In this document: piece after piece, positions 37,582 to 47,079 of the stretch
Numbering within the stretch: the stretch's first letter is position 1
How the letters are laid out: every line of letters starts with the position of its first letter
IMG/VR virus record: IMGVR_UViG_2773858002_000001
Location: 1 to 64,000 of that record
Direction: 5' to 3' (one strand)
Origin: a virus
Taxonomy: Duplodnaviria; Caudoviricetes
Length of the DNA: 64,000 bases
Translations under genes and position numbers: made by a program
Notes under the pieces: generated by a model
The model's input: the letters and a program-made list of their open reading frames with translations, nothing else
Told to the model about the DNA's origin: nothing
Database searches by the model: none

Positions 37582-38856
37582 TCAGAAGAATTGCAGATCA
37601 CCGACGTCCGTTTGCGTCACTTCCGAGAAATCCATTGTCTGGAAGTCCCACGCAGTGATGAACGATCCTGTTTCTCCATTTCGCCCTTTCAACACTTCCA
37701 CCTTACGCTGGTTGAGGGTTTCTACGCTGTCTTCCTGAAAGAGACCGAGCACCAAAGACGACACCTGGGCGATGGCATCGGTGTAGCCAATATCGTCCAT
37801 GGTGACTTTCTCGCCCTTCTTCGGGTTCTTCTTGCCTGCCGTTTTCGCGAACTGCCAGCTGCATACCGTCGGGGCGATGGGGGCCAACTCTGACTTGATG
37901 AGCTCGGCGTTCTCGGCAACGCGCCTGTAACGATCCCGCTCCGTGGGGTGCTTCACCAGATAAGCCCCGTCGATGAAGATCGCCGCTGGCTTCAACTGGC
38001 GAGCAAGTGCCCAGATGTCTTCGACGGTCGCCGCCAGATTACCATCCACAACCCAGAACGGAGCTCCATAGTCCTTAATCTCCGCCAGGCCGGCCTTGAG
38101 CATACTGAGCTTGCCGCTTCCGAGTGCTGACTTCTTCAGGTTTGACGCGGACACGTGTGCTTGCATAGCCGCTAGGCGCTGCTGTATCGGCAACAACCCG
38201 ATCTCCATGCTTACGAACAACCGGGACTGATCAGCTTCGGGGTCGTGGTTCTTGCCAGCTTTTCTCCACCCGTGATGCGCGGCATAGAGCAACTGCCATG
38301 TCTTGCCCGCAGCCGGCCTGCCAACCATGCTTGCAACATCGCCACGAACCAGTCCCCCGGTCAGCTCATCAATGTAGGGCCATCCCATGTGGAGGCCCTT
38401 CTGATCGGTCAGATTGAACTTCGATGCGTATTCCCCGACAACGACCTCATAGGCGTGTCTGAAGTCCACGACCTGCTTCTGCACCCTCTGGCTGGCCAAA
38501 TCCATGACGGCATTCGTCATTACCTCCAAGGCCGACATAACGTCTTTGTTCTCAGGCATGAAAAGATCGCCGGCCTTCTTCATGGCCTTCTTCATCGAAA
38601 ACTCGATGTGCCGGAGCTCCATCAGATCGTGGTAGTAGGCTGAAGGCTCCGAGTGCTGAACCAGCGTGTCGCCCGTGTGAACCTCAATCGTGTCCTCGGT
38701 CGGGAGCGTCTGGTACTCCTTCACAAAATCGCGCACAAATTCGTAGACGCCAATCTCATTGGCTTTGAACAGATGCTCGATCCGCCCGTATTCGAGAAGT
38801 GCTCCCACCGACCCCTCAGCAATGACTGCTGACAGGAACATCTTTCCAATCGACAT
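37582..38856 (-). CDS. dnaB: DnaB-like replicative helicase
   Basis: GRPAAGKT, FVSME, FIDG, KGRNGE. Confidence 0.9.
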   Translation of the reverse strand: MSIGKMFLSAVIAEGSVGALLEYGRIEHLFKANEIGVYEFVRDFVKEYQTLPTEDTIEVHTGDTLVQHSEPSAYYHDLMELRHIEFSMKKAMKKAGDLFMPENKDVMSALEVMTNAVMDLASQRVQKQVVDFRHAYEVVVGEYASKFNLTDQKGLHMGWPYIDELTGGLVRGDVASMVGRPAAGKTWQLLYAAHHGWRKAGKNHDPEADQSRLFVSMEIGLLPIQQRLAAMQAHVSASNLKKSALGSGKLSMLKAGLAEIKDYGAPFWVVDGNLAATVEDIWALARQLKPAAIFIDGAYLVKHPTERDRYRRVAENAELIKSELAPIAPTVCSWQFAKTAGKKNPKKGEKVTMDDIGYTDAIAQVSSLVLGLFQEDSVETLNQRKVEVLKGRNGETGSFITAWDFQTMDFSEVTQTDVGDLQFF

Positions 38857-38865
38857 GAATGCCCC

Positions 38866-39435
38866 CTAGACCTTCGACTGCTTGTAGTGGACCTCGATAT
38901 GTCGCTTGAACGCGAGGCCGTATTCCTTCCCGAGCAGTTGAATGTCGGAGGCGTAGATGACTGTCTGCAGTCCGGCGACGTGCCGGTACGTCAGATAGTC
39001 GAACAACGCATTCACCTGCCACGAAGCGACCGTTCCACCCTCGGACGCAGACAGGAAGAAATTCGGTATCAGGAGGCACGTGAGGTCGGGCATCTCCTGC
39101 TTTGGCAGCATGTCCAGGACCGTGCCGAGCGTCATAACCCTGGCACGAATGAAATTGCGCACGAGCGCGCCCGCCATCGCTGACATATGAGCCTCAACAA
39201 CTCCGCCAGTGTTCTTGCCGAACAGAGCAAGGCCGGAGGTGCCGTTGCTGGAATGCTTCCGGAAATGACGCAGATACTCGCGCGTGCTGTGTGGCACGTC
39301 ATCAGGTAGCTGCGACCAAATCCAGTGCGGCTGAATGCCGGCGTCCTGCGCGAAGCTGTCCAGGTCGGCTACGAGCCGTTCGTGGTGTTCTCGCTTCAGC
39401 ACGCCGGAGGCGTATGGATCGACCAAAGTCGTCAT
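38866..39435 (-). CDS. DnaC/IstB-like helicase loader, degenerate
   Basis: Between initiator and DnaB; GLALFG, LLI, LFD.L..R....LQTV. Confidence 0.5.
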   Translation of the reverse strand: MTTLVDPYASGVLKREHHERLVADLDSFAQDAGIQPHWIWSQLPDDVPHSTREYLRHFRKHSSNGTSGLALFGKNTGGVVEAHMSAMAGALVRNFIRARVMTLGTVLDMLPKQEMPDLTCLLIPNFFLSASEGGTVASWQVNALFDYLTYRHVAGLQTVIYASDIQLLGKEYGLAFKRHIEVHYKQSKV

Positions 39436-40388
39436 TTTTCTGAACCGTCTCCCGACCCGAGGATTGCCATCAGTTCCTCAAAGGACTTCGGCTGATCGTC
39501 CTCTTCAGGTTGTGAAATTAATTGCACAATCTTTGCCGCAGGTAAACCGGGAGAAGCCTCCTGCTTTTCCGGCCCCGGCAGTTTCGATGATGTCGCCAAT
39601 GCTACAGCGATCCATGCATGTTTCAAGAGGAAATCGATGCTCGGGTGGCTCGGCGTGGATTTGATGCCGGCCTTGGTCTCAACATCCTTCACGAACTCCA
39701 CCCAATTCCTGATCGACCACTCCAGCACCTTGGCAGCAGTGCCCTCGGGACACTTCGCGAGAAAGTGCTTCATCTGGCCGAGTTGCTTTTTGGTAACGTG
39801 AACCATGCTCTGCTCGTAAACGTCTGCGAACGTCTCCTTCCAGACGAACTCCAGCTGCTTCACCGTGTCGGGTTTATGGAGATGCTTCTTTGCCGCCTGG
39901 GCTGCCAGTGTTTCGGATATTTTCATTATCGTCCCGTCCTCGTGTTCACACCCCTCCGGCTCCGTGGCGGGAGAACTCCCGCTACTCACTTTCTTATCTC
40001 CCTTCTTTACCTCACTAAGAACCGAAGGTTCTTTTATGGGAGTGCCCACAGGGTAACCATGAAGAGTGCCCTCTGGGTCACTACCGGCAGTGCCCTTGAG
40101 GGCATTCAACGCCAGGTCCGTGAGCCGGAAAAATCCGTGCCTTTTGCCCCGGTAGAGATGGTACTCGGCTGTCACCAACCCGGCCTCTTTGAGGCGCTTG
40201 ATCGCGTTGGTGTACTCCTTCAGGGTGCACCCTGTTTCCTCCAACCACTCATCCCGGCTCATAACGACCCAACGGTGCGGGCCTCTTCTGATTTTCGTCT
40301 TCCCCATCCAATAGGACAGGCGCAAAAGCACCGCCGCTGCAGGCCATGTACCGGCGAGAGCTTTCGCTTGCGCGATAGGGTTCTTCAC
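39432..40388 (-). CDS. Replication initiator (N-terminal wHTH)
   Basis: W.EETG.T...AIKRL..AGLV; internal iteron-like repeats; upstream of loader and helicase. Confidence 0.7.
   Translation of the reverse strand: MKNPIAQAKALAGTWPAAAVLLRLSYWMGKTKIRRGPHRWVVMSRDEWLEETGCTLKEYTNAIKRLKEAGLVTAEYHLYRGKRHGFFRLTDLALNALKGTAGSDPEGTLHGYPVGTPIKEPSVLSEVKKGDKKVSSGSSPATEPEGCEHEDGTIMKISETLAAQAAKKHLHKPDTVKQLEFVWKETFADVYEQSMVHVTKKQLGQMKHFLAKCPEGTAAKVLEWSIRNWVEFVKDVETKAGIKSTPSHPSIDFLLKHAWIAVALATSSKLPGPEKQEASPGLPAAKIVQLISQPEEDDQPKSFEELMAILGSGDGSEK
39990..40106. other. Putative replication origin: three iterons at 24-bp period plus adjacent AT/pyrimidine-rich tract
   Basis: AGTGCCC-N3/4-GGG at 40041, 40065, 40089. 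Confidence 0.6.
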
Positions 40389-40424
40389 GTGACGCTCCAG
40401 CGACGTTGCAATTAATTGCAGATG

Positions 40425-41144
40425 CTAGGCCGAGTAGTCATCGTCTCCCGCGTCGTAATCTCCGTCGGCATCATCAAACTCGTCCTCGGGTTTGTCCTGA
40501 ACGATACCCTTAGCCTCGTTCGACGCCTCGTAGACCTTCTTCAGAATGTCCGCCTGAACGCCAACGATGCCCATGGTGTCCTCCATCGCGGTGGCGACCT
40601 TCTTGCGCATCTCGATGTTGGTCTGGATCGTCTCAACAACCTTCTGGTAGTGGCCGTCGAACCATTCCGCGATGTCTGCCTCGGAAAGTGTCAGATACTC
40701 CGCCCCGACAAGCTCCACGATGTAGGAGGCCATTTTCTTGGCAAGAGCCCCATTATCGATCTGTTCGAGAAACGATTTCATCTCGTCCTCGGAGCCGTCG
40801 GGTGACCCCTTCAGTAGAACACCGATGGTGGTCGAGGCACGAGAGTTGCCGTCATTGTCCCACGTGATGTTTGGAAGGGCATCTTTCGGTCGCTCGAACT
40901 TCTGTGCGTCGGCAAGCGACACCACGGGTCCGCTGGAGTCCTCAAACATGTCGCCGCCAGGCGCTACCCGCAGCTTGGAGCCAAACCACGTGTTTCCATC
41001 GCTTCCGAAGGCTTCCCCCTTCATCACGACTGTCGGCTTGATGCCAATGGCCATGTTTCCACGCCGCCCCAGAAGCAGGTAGCTCATACCAGTGGTCGAA
41101 CCCGGCATCATCTTGAACTTGCTGTTCTCTTCCGCAGTCTGCAT
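40425..41144 (-). CDS. Hypothetical protein with acidic C-terminus
   Basis: AGGAG RBS after palindrome 41166. Confidence 0.7.
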   Translation of the reverse strand: MQTAEENSKFKMMPGSTTGMSYLLLGRRGNMAIGIKPTVVMKGEAFGSDGNTWFGSKLRVAPGGDMFEDSSGPVVSLADAQKFERPKDALPNITWDNDGNSRASTTIGVLLKGSPDGSEDEMKSFLEQIDNGALAKKMASYIVELVGAEYLTLSEADIAEWFDGHYQKVVETIQTNIEMRKKVATAMEDTMGIVGVQADILKKVYEASNEAKGIVQDKPEDEFDDADGDYDAGDDDYSA

Positions 41145-41176
41145 CGTTTCACTCCTTTGATCTGATGCAATTAATT

Positions 41177-42391
41177 TCAATCTTGCGCGCCGGCCTTCTC
41201 TTTGGAAACCGGTTTTTTGAGGGCCTTCACGAATGCGTAGGTCGCCTTCGTCAAAGCTGCTTGGCTGTACTTGACGGGCTGGCTGCCCGCGATCTCGGGA
41301 GTCTTCTTCACAATGTCAGCGATTTGAAGCGCGGATACCCCCTTCGCCTGTTCAAATGTGTTGAGAACAGACTTGACGAACGGCACCGCCTCCGAGCTGT
41401 CGAGGCCACCAAACCACATGCTCTCATCGATACGACCTTCACGGTACAACTCTTTAGGGAGCGCCTTGGCGTTGTTCGTGGTCATAACCACAAAGACCTT
41501 TGTTCTCCGCTCCGCAAGCCACCACAGAAGCTGCGAGAGCATTGTTGAGGTGGTTCCGTCATGGCTCCCGGACTGGAACACTTTCTCGACTTCATCGAGC
41601 AGGGCCACACAAGGTTCTTCGTGATCGAGCCGAGTGAGATTGGTCAGCATATTCGCTTCGGACTGGCCGACGTACTTGTTCTTCGTGCCACCGATGTCCA
41701 CCCGGTATAGCGGGATACCCCATTGCTCGGCCAGATAGCGCGCCCCGGCAGTCTTGCCGGTTCCGGGCGGGCCGTCGAACAACAGCCCTCGCGGCGTCAG
41801 CCTGTGGTCTGTCCCCTCCAGAAAGAACGACTTTTCCTTGGCGGTGAATTCAGCCAGCTTTTCAGGTGGATCATAGAAGTCCTGCCGGAGATCGACCTGA
41901 GCCAAACCACTGGAGCCCTGAAAACTGCTCCGGCGTGTCTCGGTCAGACCCTGCACTGTAAGGCTATTGTCCCTTGCCATGGTCAACCGGGCAAACTCGG
42001 CAGCCTCCTTCAGCGTGCACCCACCCAGGCCACGCGTGAGCACTGTCGCAGTCTTCAGATCGCTGGTGACCTTGTTGACGAATTGCAACAGAAGTTTCTT
42101 CGGCGTCGGGACTTCGCCGGCATCAAACATCGGCTCACACACCTGCGACGGGTTCACGAGTATCAGGGAACTCTCCAGCTTCACCAGTTTCTCGTAGAAC
42201 TCGAACAGCGGGAGCTTGGAGCCGTCCCCGCCTGTTTGAAGGTAAACCGTGTCGGGTTCGAGTTTCGTCTGGGGGACGAACTTCACAGGCTTCCTGCCGG
42301 TGATCTCTCGAACGACAGTCGGCAGGTTGAGGGTATCTCTGGTTGTGACTGCAATAATCGGCAGCTGCGCTTGAACCGCGAGCTTTAGCAT
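41177..42391 (-). CDS. AAA+ ATPase
   Basis: GPPGTGKT, LLDEVEK, TTNN..LP.EL.R.GR.D. Confidence 0.92.
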   Translation of the reverse strand: MLKLAVQAQLPIIAVTTRDTLNLPTVVREITGRKPVKFVPQTKLEPDTVYLQTGGDGSKLPLFEFYEKLVKLESSLILVNPSQVCEPMFDAGEVPTPKKLLLQFVNKVTSDLKTATVLTRGLGGCTLKEAAEFARLTMARDNSLTVQGLTETRRSSFQGSSGLAQVDLRQDFYDPPEKLAEFTAKEKSFFLEGTDHRLTPRGLLFDGPPGTGKTAGARYLAEQWGIPLYRVDIGGTKNKYVGQSEANMLTNLTRLDHEEPCVALLDEVEKVFQSGSHDGTTSTMLSQLLWWLAERRTKVFVVMTTNNAKALPKELYREGRIDESMWFGGLDSSEAVPFVKSVLNTFEQAKGVSALQIADIVKKTPEIAGSQPVKYSQAALTKATYAFVKALKKPVSKEKAGAQD

Positions 42392-42455
42392 AGGTCGGTG
42401 CCCTCCTTGGCTGACCCTCAAACTATGCCAGATAGTCGAGCCGTGACAAGTGCAA

Positions 42456-42602
42456 TTAATTGCATATCTCGCAGATAACCTGTGGACGGTTAATCGCCTC
42501 GGGTTCTGCCTGGGCCGGCTGCTTACACCCGGACAGCAGGATGAACATGACCCATCCGATCAGTAGGATCAGCGGCCACGGGTCTCGCTGCTGCTCAGTC
42601 AT
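42456..42602 (-). CDS. Small putative lipoprotein
   Basis: Hydrophobic stretch plus LSGC lipobox; ends C-N-stop in the palindrome. Confidence 0.5.
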   Translation of the reverse strand: MTEQQRDPWPLILLIGWVMFILLSGCKQPAQAEPEAINRPQVICEICN

Positions 42603-42904
42603 TTGAGCTTCCACACCTTTAGAAACTCGACGGCTTCCTTTGGATTGTTTGCTGCGAAGATCGACCATTTCATCAACCCTTCTCCGGTCAGACCGGCAAG
42701 GACCGCGACCGGGATCGTGTAGGTGTCCCCGTCGAGTTCAAGAAAGGCGAGCACAGGTTTTGTGAACACCCATGCAGCGAACAACGCGGCCAACACCGAG
42801 ATGATGCTACGCAGCCACGTCATACGCGGGGACGTAGCCAGCTTGAATACCGCCGCCCCAAGGACGGCAAACCAGAAGGATATGTCGTGTCCGAAAATCT
42901 GCAC
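42599..42904 (-). CDS. Putative holin
   Basis: 101 aa, about 3 TM helices, in lysis cassette. Confidence 0.7.
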   Translation of the reverse strand: MQIFGHDISFWFAVLGAAVFKLATSPRMTWLRSIISVLAALFAAWVFTKPVLAFLELDGDTYTIPVAVLAGLTGEGLMKWSIFAANNPKEAVEFLKVWKLK

Positions 42905-42920
42905 CTGACTTATCCTTCAT

Positions 42921-43130
42921 TCACTGAACGCTGACTGCTGCGGATCGTTCCCAGCACCCAGCACGAACCCCACGCTCGAAGTGAGCGTCGATCCGCATAT
43001 TGCCTTCACGAGTTGTTGCCTGAACGTCGCCAAGTGGGTCTACGATGACCCCGCAGGGCTTATCCACCGGAAGCGTGCTTGCACACCCCGCCAGCGCGAT
43101 CCCAAGTGCCACCATTGCGGTAGCACGCAT
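42921..43130 (-). CDS. Outer-membrane spanin (Rz1-like lipoprotein)
   Basis: LAGC lipobox; overlaps the i-spanin 3' end. Confidence 0.7.
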   Translation of the reverse strand: MRATAMVALGIALAGCASTLPVDKPCGVIVDPLGDVQATTREGNMRIDAHFERGVRAGCWERSAAVSVQ

Positions 43131-43302
43131 CAACGTCCGACTGCCCTTCGGCAGCTTTTCCTTCGTTCGCGCGGTTTGCTCTCTCGACATCTTGGATGGC
43201 CTCCTGCCTGGCTCCATCAAGGAGCTTGTGGACCGTCCAGCCGACACCGCCGATTATGGCCAGTGCCAACAGACCGTAGATGATTGATTTCGGGGCATTC
43301 AT
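43060..43302 (-). CDS. Inner-membrane spanin (Rz-like)
   Basis: N-terminal TM plus short helical domain after the endolysin. Confidence 0.65.
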   Translation of the reverse strand: MNAPKSIIYGLLALAIIGGVGWTVHKLLDGARQEAIQDVERANRANEGKAAEGQSDVDACYRNGGTWDRAGGVCKHASGG

Positions 43303-44432
43303 CGGCGTTCCCCATTCTGGAACGCCTGCACCCCCTTTCTCTCGCCGTTCCGACTGATCACAAAGATCGACAGGGCAACGATTGCGACAAGCAGCAACCA
43401 GACAAAGCTCGGGACTGTCGCAGCATAATCCTTGACCGGATCGATATAGGATTTCGCCTCACCGAGTTGGTCGGCAGTGCCGGTGACGACGGCAGCCGTT
43501 CCGCTGCCGAACGCTGTGATCGCTGAGACGATCTTCGACCACCAGTTCGCCTTAACCTCCGGCACCTTCTTGATGACTTCCTTCGCAGGAGCGTCGGCGC
43601 GGCCTGGATCGACTTGGCGTGACGGTGCTCGCTGCAGTGCGCGGAGAAATTCTGCATCTATGATCGTCGCAAGCGGCAACCCATTGTCGGATCGAAACGC
43701 GAGGATCGCAGTCCGGGTGTACCTGCCAATTTTGCCGTCGGCAGCACCGACCTCTGTATACCCCAGAGCCTTCAGACGCTCCTGCACTGCCTTCACGGTT
43801 TCGGCCTCTGTCACGCCTTGAGCATCGACTTCATCAGGCCAGACGCGCTCCGCATTAGCCAAATGAGCCCGCATGTGGTCGAGGCCGTTCGTGCCGCCAT
43901 TGATCGCTCTGCGCACACCCACGATGTCGTACCTGTCTGCAAGTTCGTTGCAACCGCGCTTCGCCCACTCGCGAACGGCGGTCTGGAACGCGACCTTTGG
44001 GTTGCTCTGAAGAGTCTCTGGGTTGTCTTCGAACCCCAGACTGCGGTAGCCGGCTCGACCGGTGGTCTGCATCATCCCGCCACCGCGAAAACGCCATCCG
44101 TCATCGCTCGGATAGGCCGCATTTCCCATGCGACCACCGTAGACCTTGATCGCCAACTTCTTCGCCTGGCGAACATAGGGTCTGGCAGCGGCATCGGATT
44201 TGAAGCGTGACGGCCAAGTCTTTCGAATACGTGAAGCGCTGGTGTACGTGAGGCTTTCCACGATGGCCCGGAGTCCACCTGTTTCTGTGGCAATACTGGA
44301 TAGGAAGAGCCTGATCCGTCTGGGAGTGACGATGCCGACCTGCTCAGCCTGCCGCCACTCACCCACGACGGCATCAACCAGAGCGGTCTTTGCGTTCGGC
44401 AAAAACGCCTTCAGTTCGGCTTTCGTGACCAT
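43299..44432 (-). CDS. Endolysin: GH19 domain, peptidoglycan-binding domain, C-terminal TM helices
   Basis: ETGG...ESL.Y, YGGRMGN...DGWRFRGGG..Q.TGR, INGGTNG; VQ.RL..LGY...DG..G. Confidence 0.9.
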   Translation of the reverse strand: MVTKAELKAFLPNAKTALVDAVVGEWRQAEQVGIVTPRRIRLFLSSIATETGGLRAIVESLTYTSASRIRKTWPSRFKSDAAARPYVRQAKKLAIKVYGGRMGNAAYPSDDGWRFRGGGMMQTTGRAGYRSLGFEDNPETLQSNPKVAFQTAVREWAKRGCNELADRYDIVGVRRAINGGTNGLDHMRAHLANAERVWPDEVDAQGVTEAETVKAVQERLKALGYTEVGAADGKIGRYTRTAILAFRSDNGLPLATIIDAEFLRALQRAPSRQVDPGRADAPAKEVIKKVPEVKANWWSKIVSAITAFGSGTAAVVTGTADQLGEAKSYIDPVKDYAATVPSFVWLLLVAIVALSIFVISRNGERKGVQAFQNGERR

Positions 44433-44549
44433 AAGAACCTCCACGCCTTGGCGTGTGCAATTAATTGCATTTCCGCCCTTGTATCAGAGCCGAGGTAGGC
44501 TGTCGTCCACGGGCCAGCGCTTCGGTGCAAACAGCGACCCAGCGCCCAT

Positions 44550-45521
44550 CTATACGTTCTTTAGTTTGACCCCAAGCTCCGCTGAATTGACCTCCGAAAC
44601 ACCCCACGGAAGGCCCGTAGCCGGGTTCGTTGGCAGGTACGCTTGAGCCTTGGTGTATAGCTCCCCGAACTCGAAAGAAGGGCCTTCGTAGTCTGCTCCC
44701 CCGGACCGCACCGCCACGATGGTGTCGAGCGCGGACCCGACCTTGCCCCGAGCTCCTAGGACAACAGCGTCAACGGTGTACCCTGTATCGTAGGGTGAAG
44801 GTATCCCTGTGTTGGTGAAGGTGGAGACTTCGTTTGCATTGACACCAACAATTGACGTCGAACCAGACAAGCCGACACCATTCACATCTGTGTAGCCGCC
44901 GCCCCAATCATTGTAAGACCCGTTCCCCGAGAACTCCATTTGCACCAGATGCTTCTGGAGCGTGCTCTCGTCTGCGAGTATGATTGCTGAAAAGTAGGTA
45001 TCGCCGCTGGTGCTCGCCTGCACTGGACGAAACTCGACTTGTGAAACAGGGTTGCCGGAACCGAGAAGCGTGTCCCCGGAGAAGCTGCCATCCTGAACCT
45101 TGTCGATATAGAACTCTACCACACCAGACGTTTCATGCATGGCGATGTGCAAGTCGATGCGGAAAACCACGCCGTAGCTGTATGCGTTGCTTGTCGTCAG
45201 GAGTGTAGTCCAGGCTGAACCGTCGAATGCTTGCACGTCGTATGTTGAGGTCGAATTGTTGGTCGATCTACGAACCCTAAACCTCGGGTTCCCAGCTGCG
45301 TCGTTGAAGATGAGGAATGGCTCATTGCGATACCAGGCGAAGCGGATGTGTGCCGTAAACCAGAAGTCGGTCGTGGCAGGAAAGATATCGGTTCGGGCAT
45401 ATTCCTCCCATTCAACCACGAAGTATTCTCGAACCGTATCGGCCTTGTACGCCGACCCCGATCCAGATCGTGCATTGCCTTGTACGTCGGCTTCCGAAGA
45501 GCCCGCGAAAAGGATGGCCAT
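44550..45521 (-). CDS. Tail-associated LamG/lectin-like protein
   Basis: Beta-rich; C-terminus NPATG.PW...VN..ELGV, paralogous to 55354-56457. Confidence 0.65.
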   Translation of the reverse strand: MAILFAGSSEADVQGNARSGSGSAYKADTVREYFVVEWEEYARTDIFPATTDFWFTAHIRFAWYRNEPFLIFNDAAGNPRFRVRRSTNNSTSTYDVQAFDGSAWTTLLTTSNAYSYGVVFRIDLHIAMHETSGVVEFYIDKVQDGSFSGDTLLGSGNPVSQVEFRPVQASTSGDTYFSAIILADESTLQKHLVQMEFSGNGSYNDWGGGYTDVNGVGLSGSTSIVGVNANEVSTFTNTGIPSPYDTGYTVDAVVLGARGKVGSALDTIVAVRSGGADYEGPSFEFGELYTKAQAYLPTNPATGLPWGVSEVNSAELGVKLKNV

Positions 45522-45522
45522 A

Positions 45523-47079
45523 TTAGTTCTCCCGTAGAACGGTGTAAGGCTTCAGCGAAGTGACATGTGAGGTGCTGGGTTCAGCTGTTTCGTCAACAAC
45601 CGCGTAGACTTTGTATGCCGACACTTTGTTCGGCTGCCGCAGATCGTATTTGTCGAGAAAATAGTCGATCATTTGCTGATACAGAGCGTCCGACAAACCG
45701 CCTGTGTAAAACAACAGCTCGTAAAGATGACCGTCAAAAGCCCCACCACCAGATACTCCTGAGCACCGAAGAAACTCCAAAGACTCCACGGTGGCACTTG
45801 GGTACGTGTTGGAGCCAATGAAGGGTTGTCGCTCTTCGTTCAGGTAGACGTTGGGTGTGTTCCAAGTGGGCAAATTCACGGCGATCAGGAACGGGTATTT
45901 CTGAAAACCACTGAACCTCCAAGCACTGTTGAACACATGGATATGCTCGCCAGTGGTCGGTCTGAAATAGATGGCGATTTTGCCTCCGTTTGATGCGGTT
46001 GACCCCAATACGCCGTGGAAGATCGTAGTGTCGATCTTGTCCACCACCATGATCACGGTCTTGCCGGAATTTGCAGTCAGTCCCGACGGCTCCTTGTATG
46101 CAAAATCCTCGAAAAACTGCCCAATAGCATTCTTTGCTTCGATATAGGGCATGCCGTTCTGCCCACCGGTCCTGAAGATCGGTCGATTTGCCGGCGTCGT
46201 CTGTTTGGCGTCTGGCATGAACCCCTGGTTCGTCCATAGGGCTACAGGATCGCCGTCAACACAGGGTACTGTCCCAGCGTCATCGGAAAACACGCCCACG
46301 GACGCATCAAAGTGCAGCATCTTCCGAGATTTCGGGAAAAGACCTACCTCCGGGGGGTCCGACTTGGGAAACGGAACAGTCGGTATGGGGTAGTCGGTGT
46401 CTGCTGAGTATCGAGCCACAGTCGTAACGCGAACGCAATCGATGGCACCACCCTTCCCAGACGCAAACCAACCGTCCAAGTTTGCGGATAGAATGCTGGA
46501 GTGCGTTCCTGGCTTCACTGGGTACTCGAAAGTGCCGCTTGCCACCATAGTGGCGACCCCGGAGCCCAACGAACCCTGGTAGAGCCGAACGGTGTTTCCG
46601 GTTCTCTCTATGCAGACATAGACCCACTCGCCAAGGGGAAATGCGACGGAGCTGGTGACTGCGGTATAGTCATTCCCGTCGGTATCCAAACGCGCGGCGA
46701 GATACCCACCCGACACGTACCCCCGAAGGCCGTTTGTGTTCAAAAATCTGGGCGGGTTCGCATCATCAACAAGGTTTCGGAAGATGAATGCCTCGTAAGT
46801 GAAATCACTGATACCCAGGTCATCGATATTGTGGGCTACGTTTATATGGCCGCCATTCACCACGGCCTGCCCCTCAACGGCGGGGGTGCCCAAGGTGCAG
46901 CCTATGGAGTCAGGAACATACTTGATGAGACTTCCTGCATAGTTCGCCTCCAAATCTGTGTTGAAGTCGTTCGAATAGAGAACGTCATACCAGTGGGGGT
47001 CAGACAGCTCTACGGGACCGCCTCCTGAGAGCAGCGCAGATGCGGAGACCCCGTTCAGGAGTTGCATCATGGTGAGCAT
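45523..47079 (-). CDS. Tail fibre/receptor-binding protein with two LamG-like domains
   Basis: DFTYEAF...WVYVCIER.G...IDCVRVT..ARY; second FDA...W.NQG domain. Confidence 0.7.
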   Translation of the reverse strand: MLTMMQLLNGVSASALLSGGGPVELSDPHWYDVLYSNDFNTDLEANYAGSLIKYVPDSIGCTLGTPAVEGQAVVNGGHINVAHNIDDLGISDFTYEAFIFRNLVDDANPPRFLNTNGLRGYVSGGYLAARLDTDGNDYTAVTSSVAFPLGEWVYVCIERTGNTVRLYQGSLGSGVATMVASGTFEYPVKPGTHSSILSANLDGWFASGKGGAIDCVRVTTVARYSADTDYPIPTVPFPKSDPPEVGLFPKSRKMLHFDASVGVFSDDAGTVPCVDGDPVALWTNQGFMPDAKQTTPANRPIFRTGGQNGMPYIEAKNAIGQFFEDFAYKEPSGLTANSGKTVIMVVDKIDTTIFHGVLGSTASNGGKIAIYFRPTTGEHIHVFNSAWRFSGFQKYPFLIAVNLPTWNTPNVYLNEERQPFIGSNTYPSATVESLEFLRCSGVSGGGAFDGHLYELLFYTGGLSDALYQQMIDYFLDKYDLRQPNKVSAYKVYAVVDETAEPSTSHVTSLKPYTVLREN

